Assembly (NCBI RefSeq): GCF_009914755.1
Contig: NC_060931.1
Direction: 5' to 3' (one strand)
Source of the DNA: the human T2T-CHM13v2.0 reference genome, Homo sapiens
DNA: 64,000 nt
The notes beneath the pieces are model-generated. The model had not been told where the DNA came from. It saw only the letters and a program-made list of their open reading frames with translations, and ran no database searches. Position numbers and translations under genes: made by a program. Below are positions 1 to 25,219 of this stretch, one piece after another (within the stretch, counting starts at the first letter, position 1; every line of letters starts with the position of its first letter).

Positions 1-273
1 GTCTCAAAAAAAAAAAAAAAAAAGAAGAAGAAGAAGAAGAAGAGTGAACTGTGGCCCGGTGACCAGCACATAGCATTCTAGAGTTCACGGCTTGCTCTCT
101 GGGAAACTGTTTTAGCCAAAGTTGTGGCATCATCCCTGGCCACTCACTTTACTCAAAAGACCTGGCTCAAAATGACTATTTATGGAAATCAACTCTAGCC
201 TCAAAAGACAAAACCACTGCAGTTCTAAAGATATTCAAAAGAAGGTAATTAAGTTTATTAAAAAGCAATGAAT

Positions 274-5690
<5,417 letters not shown>

Positions 5691-5700
5691 ATAACTAAAT

Positions 5701-7165
5701 CCTCTCCCTCTCCCTCTCCCGCGGTCTCCCTCTCCCTCTCTTTCCACGGTCTCCCTCTGATGCCGAGCCGAAGCTGGACTGTGCTGCCGCCATCTCTGCT
5801 CACTGCAACCTCCCTGCCTGATTCTCCCGCCTTAGCCTGCCGAGTGCCTGGGATTGCAGGCGCGAGCCGCCACACCTGATGGTTTTCGTATTTTTTTGGT
5901 GGAGACGGGGTTTCGCTGTGTTGGCCGAGCTGGTCTCCAGCTCCTAACCGCGAGTGATCTGCCAGCCTCGGCCCCCCGAGGTGCCGGGATTGCAGACAGA
6001 GTCTGGTTCACTCAGTGCTCAATGGTGCCCAGGCTGGAGTGCAGTGGCGTGATCTCGGCTCGCTACAACCTCCACCTCCCAGCCGCCTGCCTTGGCCTCC
6101 CAAAGTGCGGAGATTGCAGCCTCTGCCCGGCCGCCACCCCGTCTGGGAAGTGAGGAGCGTCTCTGCCTGGCCGCCCATCGTCTGGGATGCGAGGAGCCCC
6201 TCTGCCCGGCTGCCCAGTCTGGGAAGTGAGGAGCGCCTCTTCCCGGCCGCCATCCCATCTAGGAAGTGAGGAGCGTCTCTGCCCCGTCGGCCATCGTCTG
6301 AGATGTGGGGAGCGCCTCTGCCCGGCCGCGACCCCGTCTGGGATGTGAGGAGCCCCTCTGGCCGGCAGCCGCCTCATCTGAGAAGTGAGGAGCCCATCCA
6401 CCCGGCAGCCACCCCGTCTGGGAAGCAAAGAGCGTCTCCGTCCCGCAGCCACCCCTTCCGGGAGGGAGGTGGGGGGCAGCCCCCGCCCGGCCAGCCGCCC
6501 CGTCCGGGAGGGAGGTGGGGGGTCAGCCCCCGCCCGGCCAGCTGACCCGTCCGGGAGGTGGCGGGCGCCTCTGCCCGGCCGCCCCTTCTGGAAAGTGAGG
6601 AGCCCCTCTGCCTGGCCACCACCCCGTCTGGGAGGTGTACCCAACAGCTCATTGAAAACGGGCCATGATGACGATGGCGGTTTTGCGGAATAGAAAAGGG
6701 GGAAAGGTGGGGAAAAGATAGAGAAATCAGATTGTTGCTGTGTCTGTGTAGAAAGAAGTAGACATGGGAGACTTCACTTTGTTCTGTACTAAGAAAAATT
6801 CTTCTGCCTTGGGATGCTGTTGATGTATGACCTTACCCCCAACCATGTGCTCTCTGAAACATGTGCTGTGTCCACTCAGGGTTAAATGGATTAAGGGCGT
6901 GCAAGATGTGCTTCGTTAAACAGATGCTTGAAGGCAGCATGCTCCTTAAGCGTCATCACCCGCTCCCTAATCTCAAGTACCCAGGGACACAAACACTGTG
7001 GAAGGCCTCAGGGTCCTCTGCCTAGGAAAACCAGAGACCTTTGTTCACTTATTTATGTGCTGACCTTCCCTCCACTATTGTCCTATGACCCTGCCAAATC
7101 CCCCTCTGCGAGAAACACCCAAGAATGATCAATAAAAAAAATAAATAAATAAATCTAAAAAAAAA
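5701..7165 (+). mobile_element. SVA retrotransposon, older subfamily (SVA_B/C-like), inserted in an Alu A-tail
   Basis: CCCTCT hexamers at 5701, Alu-like domain, GC-rich VNTR (about 6120-6640), SINE-R (about 6640-7130), AATAAA at 7131 and A-rich tail. Confidence 0.95.
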
Positions 7166-7986
7166 TAAATAAATAACATTAAAAAAAACCCTCAGAAATA
7201 AGATGTAGAAAAATATCTACTAACTCACAAAAAAGTTCATATTATATTATATTAAGTGAAAATTTGAGGTCACAAAGCTGTTTAGTATGATTCTATTATT
7301 GTTAGAATTATTACTATTTTTATTTTTAGAGGCATGGTCTTACTCTGTCTCTCAGGCTGGGGCACAGTGGTGCAATCATAGCTCCCTGCAGCTCTGAACT
7401 CCTGCATTGAAGAGATCCTCCCACCTCAGCCTCCTGAGTAGCTGGGACTACAAGTGCTCCACGACATCTGCATGACTTTTTTTTTTTTTTTTTTTTGTAG
7501 AAATGGGATCTCACTCTGTTGCCCAGGCTGGTCTCAAACTTGTGGTCTCAAGCATCACTGAGATTACAGATGCAAGCCACTGTGCCTGGCTCTCCATTTT
7601 TATTATTTAAAGGATAGACAAAAAAGCAAATAGAAGCTAAGCACAGTAGCTCACACCTGCAATCCCAGTACTTTCAGAGGCCAAGGCAGGAGGATTGTTT
7701 AAGCCCAGGAGTTCTAGACCAGCCTGGGAAACATGGTGAAACCCCATCTCTACTAAAAATACAAAAATTGAAGCAGAAGGATCACCTGAGCTTGTGGAGG
7801 TTGAGACTGCAGTGAGCCGAGATCACACCACTGCACTGCACTCCAGCCTGGGTGACAGAGTGAGACCTTGTCTCAAAAAAAAAAAAAAAAAGGAGAGACA
7901 AAGAAAAGGCCAGGTGCGGTGGCTCATGCCTGTAATCCCAGCACTTTGGGAGGCCGAGGAGGGTGGATCACGATGTCAGGAGTTTA

Positions 7987-8332
<346 letters not shown>

Positions 8333-9004
8333 TCAAAAATTAACAGACCCTGATGGCTGTTAACTGATTAACTCTGTTTTCTATTCTTCTTCTCTCTTTT
8401 TTTTTAAATAGAGACAGGGGTCTTGCTATGTTGGTCAGGCTTGTCTCCATCTCCTGGGCTCAAGTAATCCTCCCGCCTTGGCCTCCCAAAGTGCTGGATA
8501 ACAGGCATGAGCCACCACACCTGACCCTAATGCTGTTTTCTAAATGTGCTATGATGAATATGAATTACTTTTGTGAAAAAAGTACAAAAACAATGAAAGG
8601 TTTTTTTTATTTGTTTTTTTGAGATGAAGTCTTGCTCTGTCGCTCAGGCTGGAGTGCAGTGACACGATCTCGGCTCACTGCAGCCTCCGCCTGCAGGTTC
8701 AAGTGATTCTCCTGCCTCAGCCTCCCGAGTACAGGCATGTGCCACCATGCCCAGCTAATTTTTATATTTTTAGTAGAGACGGGTTTTTACCATGTTGGCC
8801 AGGCTGGTCTCGAACTCCTGACCTCAAGTGATCCACCCACCTCAGCCTCCCAAAGTGCTGGGATTACAGGTATGAGCCACCGTGCCTGGCCTGAATAACT
8901 GAAACTCGAATCAGAAATGAAGCAGTGTGTCAGCTATTAGGACATTAGACTGGGTACACTTGAAAATATCACAGTGCGGTTAAGATTTATTTCGTTCTCC
9001 TTTG

Positions 9005-9922
<918 letters not shown>

Positions 9923-10601
9923 TAGAAGCCACCAAATGGCAACTTGTTTTTCCCTGGTACTCTACTCCTGCCTCTGAGAGAAGCAGGTGCATCCCAGCCT
10001 CAAATCCAATGCTGTTCTTAAGAGGGTTGGGAGGGCTGGGAGAAGGAAGCCTGCAGAGCGGAGAAGCCTTAGAAGATGGGGACATTAGGAGACAGGGTTC
10101 ATTTTATCTGGGTGTCAGGGATTATATTTCCAGCGAAATTCTTTTTCCACTTAATGGAATCATACTGAGGTAATAGATATAGAAGCTGTTTGGTGCTTAA
10201 ATCTGAAATGATGCACCAGTGGAAATGACACAGAAACTGGCTATGGTGTGGGACGAGAACTGAAGAAGTGGCTCCAATATACTTACACCCATGAGTGGGA
10301 TTTGACCACAGTGCTTCCAGAGGTGGCTAGAACAAGAGCTCACTTAGAGATGTAAGGATTGAGCTAGGCACAGTGGCTCACACCTGTAATCTTAGCACTT
10401 TGGGAATCTGAGGCAGGAGGATCACTTGAAGCCAGGAACTCAGGACAAGCCTGGGCAACATAACAAGACCCTCATCTCTACAAAAAGTTTTTTAAACTAC
10501 CCGTGCGGAAGTGGCTCATTCTGTAATGCCAGCTACTTGGAAGGCTGAGGTGGGAGGATCCCTTGAGCCCAGGAGTTTGAGGCTGCAGTGAGCTACCATG
10601 G

Positions 10602-11573
10602 TAAAGGGGTGGGCTGCCCCTCCACACCTGTGGGCATTTCTCGTCAGGTGGAATGAGAGACTTGAGAAAAGAAAGAGACACAGAGACAAAGTATAGAGAA
10701 AGAAAAGTGGGCCCAGGGGACCGGTGCTCAGCATACGGAGGACCAGCGCCGGCCCCAGTCTCTGAGTTCCCTTAGTATTTATTGATCATTATCTGGCGTT
10801 TCTCGCAGAGGGGGATGTGGCAGGACAATAGGGTAATAGTGGAGAGAAGGTCAGCAGGAAAACATGTGAACAAATGTCTCTGCATCATAAACAAGGTAAA
10901 GAAAAAAGTGCTGCGCTTTTGATGTGCATATACATAAACATCTCAACGCCTTAAAGAGCAGTATTGCTTCCAGTATGTCTCACCTCCAACCCTAAGGTGG
11001 TTTTCTCCTATCTCAGTAGATGGAATATACAATCAGGTTTTACATCAACACATTCCATTGCCCCAGGGACGAGCAGGAGATAGATGCCTTCCTCTTATCT
11101 CAACTGCAAAGAGGCCTTCCTCTTTTACTAATCCTCCTCAGCACCGACCCTTTATGGGTGTTGGGCTGGGGGGCGGTCAGGTCTTTCCCTTCCCATGAGG
11201 CCATATTTCAGACTATCACATGGGGAGAAACCTTGGACAATACCTAGCTTTCCTAGGCAGAGGTCCCTGCGGCCTTCTGCAGTGTTTTGTGTCCCTGGGT
11301 ACAAGAGAGTAGGGAGTGGTGATGACTTTTAACAAGAATGCTGCCTTCAAGCATTTGTTTAACAAAGCACATCCTGCATAGCCCTTAATCCATTAAACCT
11401 TGAGTTGACAGAGCACATGTTTCTGGGAGCTCAGGGTTGGGGGTAGGGTTACAGATTAACAGCATCTCAAGGCAAAAGAATTTTTCTTAGTACAGAACAA
11501 AATGGAGTCTCTTATGTCTACTTCTTTCTACATAGACACAATAACAGTCTGATCTCTCTTTCTTTTCCCCACA
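10602..11573 (-). mobile_element. HERV-K(HML-2) solo LTR (LTR5A/B type), inserted into an Alu
   Basis: Minus strand begins TGTGGGGAAAAGAAAGAGAGATCAGACTG and ends GGGGCAGCCCACCCCTTTA; 972 bp; degenerate 6-bp TSD ccatgg/tgatgg; the Alu resumes on both sides. Confidence 0.93.
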
Positions 11574-11652
11574 TGATGGTGCCACTGTACTCCAGCCTGG
11601 AGGACAGCGGGAGATCCTGTCTCCAAAAATAAATAAATAAATAAATAAATGA

Positions 11653-11973
<321 letters not shown>

Positions 11974-11976
11974 TGA

Positions 11977-12321
<345 letters not shown>

Positions 12322-12701
12322 TGAGCCACTTCAATATAATTATATTAATAATTTTATTAAATAAAATAAATAAAAATAGAAAACAGAATTCATCAAAAGC
12401 TTACATGTAGGCTGGGCATGGTGGCTTATGCCTGTATTCCCAGCACTTTGGAAGGTTAGGACAAAAGGATCACTTAAGGCCAGAAGTTCGAGACCAGCCT
12501 CAGCACCATAGTGGGACCCTGTCTCTACACAAAATTTTAAAACTTTAAAAATTGTCTGGGCATGGTGGTGCATGCCTATAGACCTAGGTCCTCGTGAGGC
12601 TAAAATAGGAGGATCACTTGAGCCCAGGAGTTTGAGGCTGCAGTGAGCTATGATCACACCACTGCACTCCAGCCTGGGCAACAGAGCGAGACCCTGTCTC
12701 A

Positions 12702-12962
<261 letters not shown>

Positions 12963-13062
12963 TCACGCCAGTAATCCCAGCACTTTGGGAGTCTGAGGCG
13001 AGTGGATCACGAGGTAAGGAGTTCAAGACTAGCCTGGCCAAGATGGTGAAACCCCATCTCTA

Positions 13063-13353
<291 letters not shown>

Positions 13354-13633
13354 TAAGGAAGGAGGCTGGGCGGGAGGCTGAGGCGGGCGGATCACGAGGT
13401 CAGGAGATCGAGACCATCCTGGCTAATATGGTGAAACCCCGTCTCTACTAAAAATACAAAAAAAATTAGCCGGTCATGATGGCGGGCGCCTGTGGTCCCA
13501 GCTATTCAGGAGGCTCAGGCAGGAGAATGGCGTGAACCCGGGAGGCGGAGTTTGAAGTGAGCCGAAATCGCGTCACTGCACTCCAGCCTGGGCGACAGAG
13601 CGAGACTCCGTCTCAAAAAAAAAAAAAAAAAAA

Positions 13634-13970
<337 letters not shown>

Positions 13971-16892
13971 TTAAAAAAACAACAAAAGGAAAAGAAGCCT
14001 ACATGTAAAGAGCTTGAGTTGAGAGCACTTCAGGACCTGTGTCATCGTGCACAGTGAAGATATCTATGGTGACTAACGTGCATCCCAAACCAAAGAGCCC
14101 TCCCTGAATGCTTTGCTCTGGTTAATACTCCCAGGACGCTCACCACTTAAGACCCTTCCCACCAGCCCAGCATTATAGTATCCTGGGATTCCCTACCTCT
14201 ATGATATTAATAACAGCAATTTATTCCTCTATATGCTAATAGCACTAATGAAATAGATGAGAAAAAAATCTATGGTCATTGGTAACTATTTGAGCTTGAT
14301 CATAGCACAAACTTCTTTCACATATCAATTTATTGAGTTTCTACTATGCGCCAGGCATTGTACTAGACTGCGGAGATATTACAGAGATGAATAGAACAGC
14401 AAAATGGATGCTTCCATCTGTCTTTTTTTTTTTTTTTTTTTTTAGAGACAGAGTCTTGCTTTGTCACCCAGGAAGTGCAGTGGTGCGATCTCCACTCACT
14501 GCAACCTCTGCCTCTCAGGTCCAAGCAATTATCCAGCCTCAGCCTCCTGAATAGTTAGGATTACAGGCACCCACCACCATGCTCAGGTAATTTTTGTATT
14601 TTTAGTAGAGACGAGGTTTCGCCATGTTGGCCAGGCTGGTCTCGAACTCCTGACCTCAGGTGATCCGCCCGCTTTGGCCTCCCAAAGTGCTGGGGTTACA
14701 GGCATGAGCCACATGGCACCCATCCATCCATCCAGTCTTTTGACATCCATAAAGCTGGAGACCAACACTGGGACCTCTGCTACAGCCACAGCAAAAAAGA
14801 AAAGTCTTAACATATTCGTGTCCAAGCTTGCCTGCAGAAAGAGCAAAAAGTATATGGTCTTCAATCCGGTGTTCACATTTGCCCTCCAAATCTCCAGGGT
14901 ATTGATCCGCTTGGTGAAGGCTGGGTCACCTGCAGAACCCAGAACACAAGGTACTCTGGGAAAAAGTAACTTTTAGATTTCAAGCTTCCAGCATTCAAGT
15001 GAGGCACACTTTAGGGAGGCCAGAAAAGAGATGAGAGGGCTGGGAGAGGTGGCTCACACCTGTAATCCCAGTACTTTGGGAGGCCGAGGCAGGTGGATCA
15101 CTTGAGATCAGGAGTTGGAGACCAGCCTGGCCAACATGGTAAAACCCCGTCTCCATTAAAATACAAAAAAAATTTAGCCAGGCGTGGTGGTGTGCGCATG
15201 TAATTCCAGCTATTCGAGAGGCTGAGGCAGGAGAATCCCTTCAACCAGGGAGGCAGAGGTTGCAGTGAGTCGAGATTACACCACTATACTCCAGCATGGA
15301 CAACAAAGTGACACTGTGTCTCAAAAAAAAAAAGAGATGAGAAAGCCAATCTGAACTATTGGCCACATTTACGAAGTGGACAATTGGAAGAAAAGTCCAA
15401 GCTAAGGAATAACAGTGGGTAATGAATGGGGGTGTATCAGCGACTGAGGGGGAGTTGAGAGCAGTAGGCCCTTAGCCAAGCTTTTATGCCAGGGGAGGCT
15501 GCTGGCAAAAAAACTTTTTTCTTTTCTTTTTTTTTTCTTGAGACGGGGTCTCACTCTGTCACCCAGTCTGGAGTGCAATGGCATGATCTCAGCTCACTGC
15601 AACCGCCACCTTCCTGGTCCAAGTGACGGTCCTGCCTCAGCCCCTTGAGTAGCTGGAACTACAGGCAGTCACCACCACACCTGGCTAATTTTTGATTTTT
15701 GTATTTTTATTAGAGACCAGGTTTCACCATGTTGGCCAGGTTGGTCTCTAACTTCTGATCTCAGGTGATCTGCCCGACTCTGCCTCCCAAAGTGCTGGGA
15801 TTACAGGTGTGAGGTACCGTGTTCAGCCCCTTCTCATGGATTCTGCAGTGTTGGATTCTAGAATTAGTCACTGGCTTGCTTCCTTTCCCATTCTGCATAT
15901 TCTCTCAAAGTGACTTCATCTGCTTTCTTGGTTTCAATTACCACCTGTATATAGTAAAGATTCCTAAATTTAAATTGCCAACCCAGAGTTTTCTCTTGAA
16001 CTTCAAATTTTTATCCTACGTGAAACCGACAGTGCCTACTGATGTCCCCAGGGGCACCTCAAACTTACCATGTCCAAATCTAACATCATCTTCCCACCAA
16101 ATATTTTCATCTGTCTTTATTTCCCTCAATTTTTCAATTTTTTTTTTGACAAAGTCTCACTCTGTCACCCAGCCTGGAGTGCAGTGGTGTGATCTCGGCT
16201 CACTGCAACCTCTGCTTCCTGGGTTCAACTGATTCTCATGCCCCAGCCTCCTGAGTAGCTAGGATTACAGGTGCCTGCCACCACGCCTGGCTAATTTTTG
16301 TATTTTAGTAGAGATAGGGTTTCACCATGTTGGCCAGGCTGGTCTCAAACTCCTGACCTCAGGTGATCCACCTGCCTCAGCCTCCCAAAGTGCTGGGAAT
16401 ACAGGTGTGAGCCACCACGCTTGGCTAGTTCCTTCAATTCTTTCAATTATTTGTCCCTTAGCCAAGAGGAATGAAGGGAGAAATATCAGTTGAGAGGGTG
16501 GAGTTAGAAGTTTGGCCTTCACTTGCTCTTTCATCCTTAAAAAGTGTTTTTTGGCCAGGCACAGTGGCTCACACCTGTAATCCCAGCACTTTGGGAGGCC
16601 TAGGTAGGTGGATCACCTGAGGTCACCTGAGTACAGGTGACCTGTACTCCCAGCTACCTGGGGGCTGAGGTGGGAGGATTCCTTGAGCCCAGCAGGCAGA
16701 GGTTGCAGTGAGCTGAGTTCACGCCACTGCACTCTAGCCTGGGTGACAGTGAGACCCTGCCTCAAAAAAAAAAAAAAAAAAATTGATGAGAGGGGAGAAT
16801 GGGATCTGCAAAAAAGATAGAAATGAGATGGAGATCAGAGGAGAGCCAGAAGAGGGTTGTGAAATTCAAAGGAGTGAAGTGAAGTAGGGCTA

Positions 16893-17111
<219 letters not shown>

Positions 17112-17206
17112 TTAGCCAAGATCACACCACCACACTCCAGCCTGGGCAATAGAGTGAGACCCCATCTCAAAAAATAAAAACAAACAACAACAAAAAAACA
17201 AAGGAG

Positions 17207-17931
<725 letters not shown>

Positions 17932-18072
17932 CTACTTTTGGTTGCAGTTTCTTGGTACAGCTGAAACATCCCAATTGGCATAAGGATTGAAAGAGGAAAT
18001 TTTGTTACAGGTATTTTTGAGAAAGACTAGAGTATAATGGAAGACAAGAGAGGGCCTCAAGGGGCCTCCTTT

Positions 18073-19030
18073 AGGGCAGTGTTACTCAAAGTGTGGTTCA
18101 TGGACCAGCAGCATCATAATTATCCTGGGATTTGTTAGGAATGCAAATTACCAAGTGCTTCACCCAAGACTGATCAACTCAGATTCTCTGAGGGTGGGAC
18201 TGGGGCTCTGTTTATTTTTTTATTTTAACTTTTTATGGATACATAATATTTTACATATGTATGGGATATCTGTGATATTTTGTTACGTGCATAGGATGTG
18301 TAATGATTAAGTCAGAGCATTAGTGGTATCCATCACTTTGGGAATTTACTCATGTGTTGGAAACAATTCAAGTCCTCTCTTCTAGATTTTTGTTATTGTT
18401 GTTGTTGAAACAGAGTCTCTGTCACCTAGGCACTGGAATGCAGTGGTGCAATCACAGCTCACTGCAGCTTCGACCTCCCTGGCTCGCATGATCCTCCTTG
18501 CTTTACCCTCCTAGTAGCTGGGACTACAGATGTGAGCCACCACACTCAGCTATATATATATTTTATTTTTTGTAGAGGCAGGGTCTAACTACGTTGTCCA
18601 GGCTGGTCTTGACCTCCTGGGCTCAAGGTATCCTCCCGCCTTGGCTTCCCAAAGTGTCTTCCAGCTATTTTGAAATATACAATCCATTGTTGTTAATTAT
18701 AGTCACTACTCTGCTTTTGAACCATAGAACATAAACCTTTTTATCTAACTGTATGTCCTTCATTAACCTAAATCTCTTCATTTCTCACCCAACCGTTCCC
18801 AGCCTCTGGTTTCTTTCTACTCTCTAAATTTATGAGATCGATTTGTTTTAGCTGCCACAGATAAGAACATGCAATATTTATGTCTTTCTGTGCCTGGCTT
18901 ATTTCACTTAACATAATGACGTCCATCCACGTTGCTGCAGATGACGTGATTTCATTCCTTTTCATCTGTGTTTAAACAAGGTCTCCCTCCAGGGATTTTG
19001 ATGCAACTGAAGTTGGAGAAAACACAGACC
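18073..19030. mobile_element. MER5A-like DNA transposon split by an antisense old L1 3' fragment (about 18212-18965) that itself contains an Alu
   Basis: CAGTGTTACTCAAAGTGTGGT...GGAATGCAAATT left half; CTGTGTTTAAACAAG...GAAGTTGGAGAAAACACAG right half; L1 3' UTR motifs between. Confidence 0.65.
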
Positions 19031-19999
19031 TAGGACACTCCTGCAGCTGGGAGTGCGATGGTCTAACAGAGGAAGTGCTATGCCACCAGCTCATCTTTGC
19101 CATCCTGGAGCTGTCTAATCTACGACTCAGTTTTCTTTTCTGTCACTACACTGTGAGAATGAGATGAGGAACTGGGTGTGAAAACGGTTTGAAAAGGAGA
19201 AGCATGGTTGCACACGCCTGCGATCCCAGCACTTTGGGAGGCTGACGAGGGAGGACAGCTTGAGGCAAGGAGTTTGAGACCAGCCTGGGCAACATGACAA
19301 GACCCCATTTCTTAAAAAAAAAAAAAAAAAAAAATTTTTTTTTCTTTTTTGAGACGGAGTTTCGCTCTTGTTGCCCAGGTTGGAGTATAGTGGCCGTGAT
19401 CTCGCCTCACTGCAATCTCCATCTCCTGGGTTCAAGCGATTCTCCTGCCTCAGCCTCCCTAGTAGCTGGGATTGCAGGTGTGCCACCATGCCTGGCTAAT
19501 TTTGTATTTTTAGTAGAGATGAGGTTTCACCATGTTGGCCAGGCTGGTCTCAACTTCCTGACCTCAGGTGATCCACCCGCATCGCTTACCAAAGAGCCAG
19601 GATTACAGGCGTGAGCCACTGCGCCCGGCCAAAATTTTAAAAAATCAGCTGAGTGTGGTGGTGCGCGTCTGTGGTCCCAGCTACTCGGGAGGCTGGGGCG
19701 GGAGGATTGCTTGAGCCCAGGGGTTGCAATGAGCTATGATTGCGCCACTGCACTTCAGCCTGGGTAACAGAGTGAGACTTTGTCTTTTAAAGAAAGGAGA
19801 AAATGGCTTGAACGGGCTAAGAACCTTGACCCCCAGGAGACTCCCTGCGCTGATAGAGCCTCTAGGGCTGGACTCCGCCTCCCAGGGAGCCGGGAGCATC
19901 TTGGGGAAGGGCCTGTCTCCATCTGTGTGTCCCGGTGGAAAAACGGTCACGGTGGGGAGTCACTGTCATTATTCATTGAACTCAAGCGCTCCTATTTTG

Positions 20000-21000
20000 G
20001 GTTTTCTCGTTCGGATTTCTGCGCGAGCGAGTGAGGAAGAACTGGACACCCGGGCGGTGCCCTGCGGCTCGGGGCGGGGCCAGCCGCGGTGGCGTGTCCG
20101 CAGCCACCTCAGCCCTCCTCCCGCCACATCCTCCAGGAAAGGCTGCTCAGGCCTTCCATTGAGGAGACAAGGACCCGCTGCTCTGGGGCCAGACACACGA
20201 GTAAGTCGTGACCCCCTGTGTGAAGGGATAAGGCGTCTACCCTGACGCGGGTGAGAACCCTCTTCACGGCAGACTCCGACGCCCAGTTATGAGAGCGTAG
20301 CGGCGCACCACCGCCGGGTCTCTCGGAGAGGGCGCGCCCGCTGGCCAGAGGACCAATCAGTGCACGGCAGGCTCGCAGGCCGCCCCCCCCCCCCCCCCCC
20401 CCAACCCAGGGACCACTCAGGCGCCGGCCGCTGGCGCTGCCTGCTCTTCGACTGGGCGAGCTTCCTGCCAATCAGGGCGGAACCAGCGCGGCGTCGGCCA
20501 GTAGCGGGAGGCGGTCGGGTCAGGCCCCAGCTGGGCGCGAGCGGGTCGGCGTTGAGGGAGCCACCGCCCTCCCGCCTGCGCACTGCCTCTCGCCCCCCTC
20601 CGGCCAGCCCGCAGCCGGCCGCGTCATGCCAGGCGCTGCTCGGCGGTAGGGAGTGCCCGGGGCCGCCGCCTCCGCCCGCCCGAAGCCGCGCCCACTGCCC
20701 AGAGCCAGAGGGATGGTGGTAGTCACGGGGCGGGAGCCAGACAGCCGTCGTCAGGACGGTGCCATGTCCAGCTCTGACGCCGAAGACGACTTTCTGGAGC
20801 CGGCCACGCCGACGGCCACGCAGGCGGGGCACGCGCTGCCCCTGCTGCCACAGGAGGTACCCGGGCGGGCGGCGGGCCGCGGGGCGTGGGGAGGGGCGCG
20901 GGGGAGAAGCGGGCGCGGGGCATAGCGGTCCTCGGCGGGTGGGCGGGGCCGGGGTTGGGGGCGGGGCCCGCGGACTTGCGCCCCTCCCCCGCCCACCTGC
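20000..21000 (+). promoter_or_regulatory. KCTD7: KCTD7 CpG-island promoter, 5' UTR and start of intron 1
   Basis: High CpG density; GC box GGGGCGGGGC 20071-20080; two CCAATCAG (NF-Y) boxes at 20353 and 20468; C20 run 20383-20402; no obvious TATA box. Confidence 0.9.
20713..20856 (+). CDS. KCTD7: KCTD7 coding exon 1 (aa 1-48, MVVVTGREPDSRRQDGAMSSSDAEDDFLEP...LLPQE)
   Basis: ATG in strong context (gggATGg) at 20713; 144 nt ending GAG|GTACCC; recognised KCTD7 N-terminus; inside a CpG island. Confidence 0.97.
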
Positions 21001-21209
21001 AACTCCCCCGCCCACCTGCACCCCTACCCACCCACCTTCAACCCCTGTCAATTACACCCACTAGGTGTGCTTCCCCACCCCCTACACCCTCCGCCCAGTA
21101 GTCACTGGGGTGATTTACTCCCATCGCCATGTCCCACTTTTACCGAAGACAGGAGGGAGGGTGGGCCGTGGGAGGGGGACCCTGGAGCCCCGAGAGCTGA
21201 TGGTGTGTC

Positions 21210-24715
<3,506 letters not shown>

Positions 24716-24922
24716 AGCTATGAGGGTTAGAATGGGTAGGACTTGGCAGATGATGAGGGTGGGGCAGAGGGAGGAGAGAGAAGAAAGTGTTCAGATGGAC
24801 CCGTGGGCTTGAGTGACTGAATGAATGGTGTGGCACCAATCAGACCCCAGGGATTGAAGATGGAGCAGCCCCAGCTCTCATTCCCCGTTGCCTGCCTGAG
24901 AGCCCTGGTGATTTCTTTCCAG

Positions 24923-25092
24923 TTTCCTGAGGTTGTTCCCCTTAACATCGGAGGGGCTCACTTCACTACACGCCTGTCCACACTGCGGTGCTACGAAGAC
25001 ACCATGTTGGCAGCCATGTTCAGTGGGCGGCACTACATCCCCACGGACTCCGAGGGCCGGTACTTCATCGACCGAGATGGCACACACTTTGG
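24923..25092 (+). CDS. KCTD7: KCTD7 coding exon 2, N-terminal half of the BTB/POZ (T1-type) domain
   Basis: Acceptor tttctttccAG|TTT, donor GG|GTATGT, 170 nt; FPEVVPLNIGGAHFTTRLSTL...YFIDRDGTHFG carries the KCTD BTB motifs LNIGG and FIDRDG. Confidence 0.97.
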
Positions 25093-25213
25093 GTATGTCT
25101 CTCCCTCTACAATCAACTTTGTAGTCCTAGCAGGTGATTAGCGTAGGCTTGAGTATGGGACCTTGATATCTTCCATAGTACCTAGAAGAGGAGATAGCAT
25201 ATTGATGAAATTT

Positions 25214-25219
25214 AATAAA
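25214..25219 (+). terminator. Candidate intronic poly(A) signal in KCTD7 intron 2
   Basis: AATAAA about 70 nt after the in-frame TAG of read-through exon 2, with a T-tract at 25242-25258. Confidence 0.45.

Noticed and set aside
5854-7128. Overlapping ORFs up to 193 aa
   Set aside because: GC-rich SVA VNTR and SINE-R; SVA is non-coding
14730-14955. Unique segment with two acceptor-like sites on the minus strand and a 97-aa ORF
   Set aside because: No recognisable protein, and the ORF runs into an Alu; a lncRNA exon cannot be supported from sequence alone
20109-21101. Long antisense and alternative-frame ORFs up to 254 aa
   Set aside because: Stop-poor CpG island; low-complexity G/P/R/A composition with no domain
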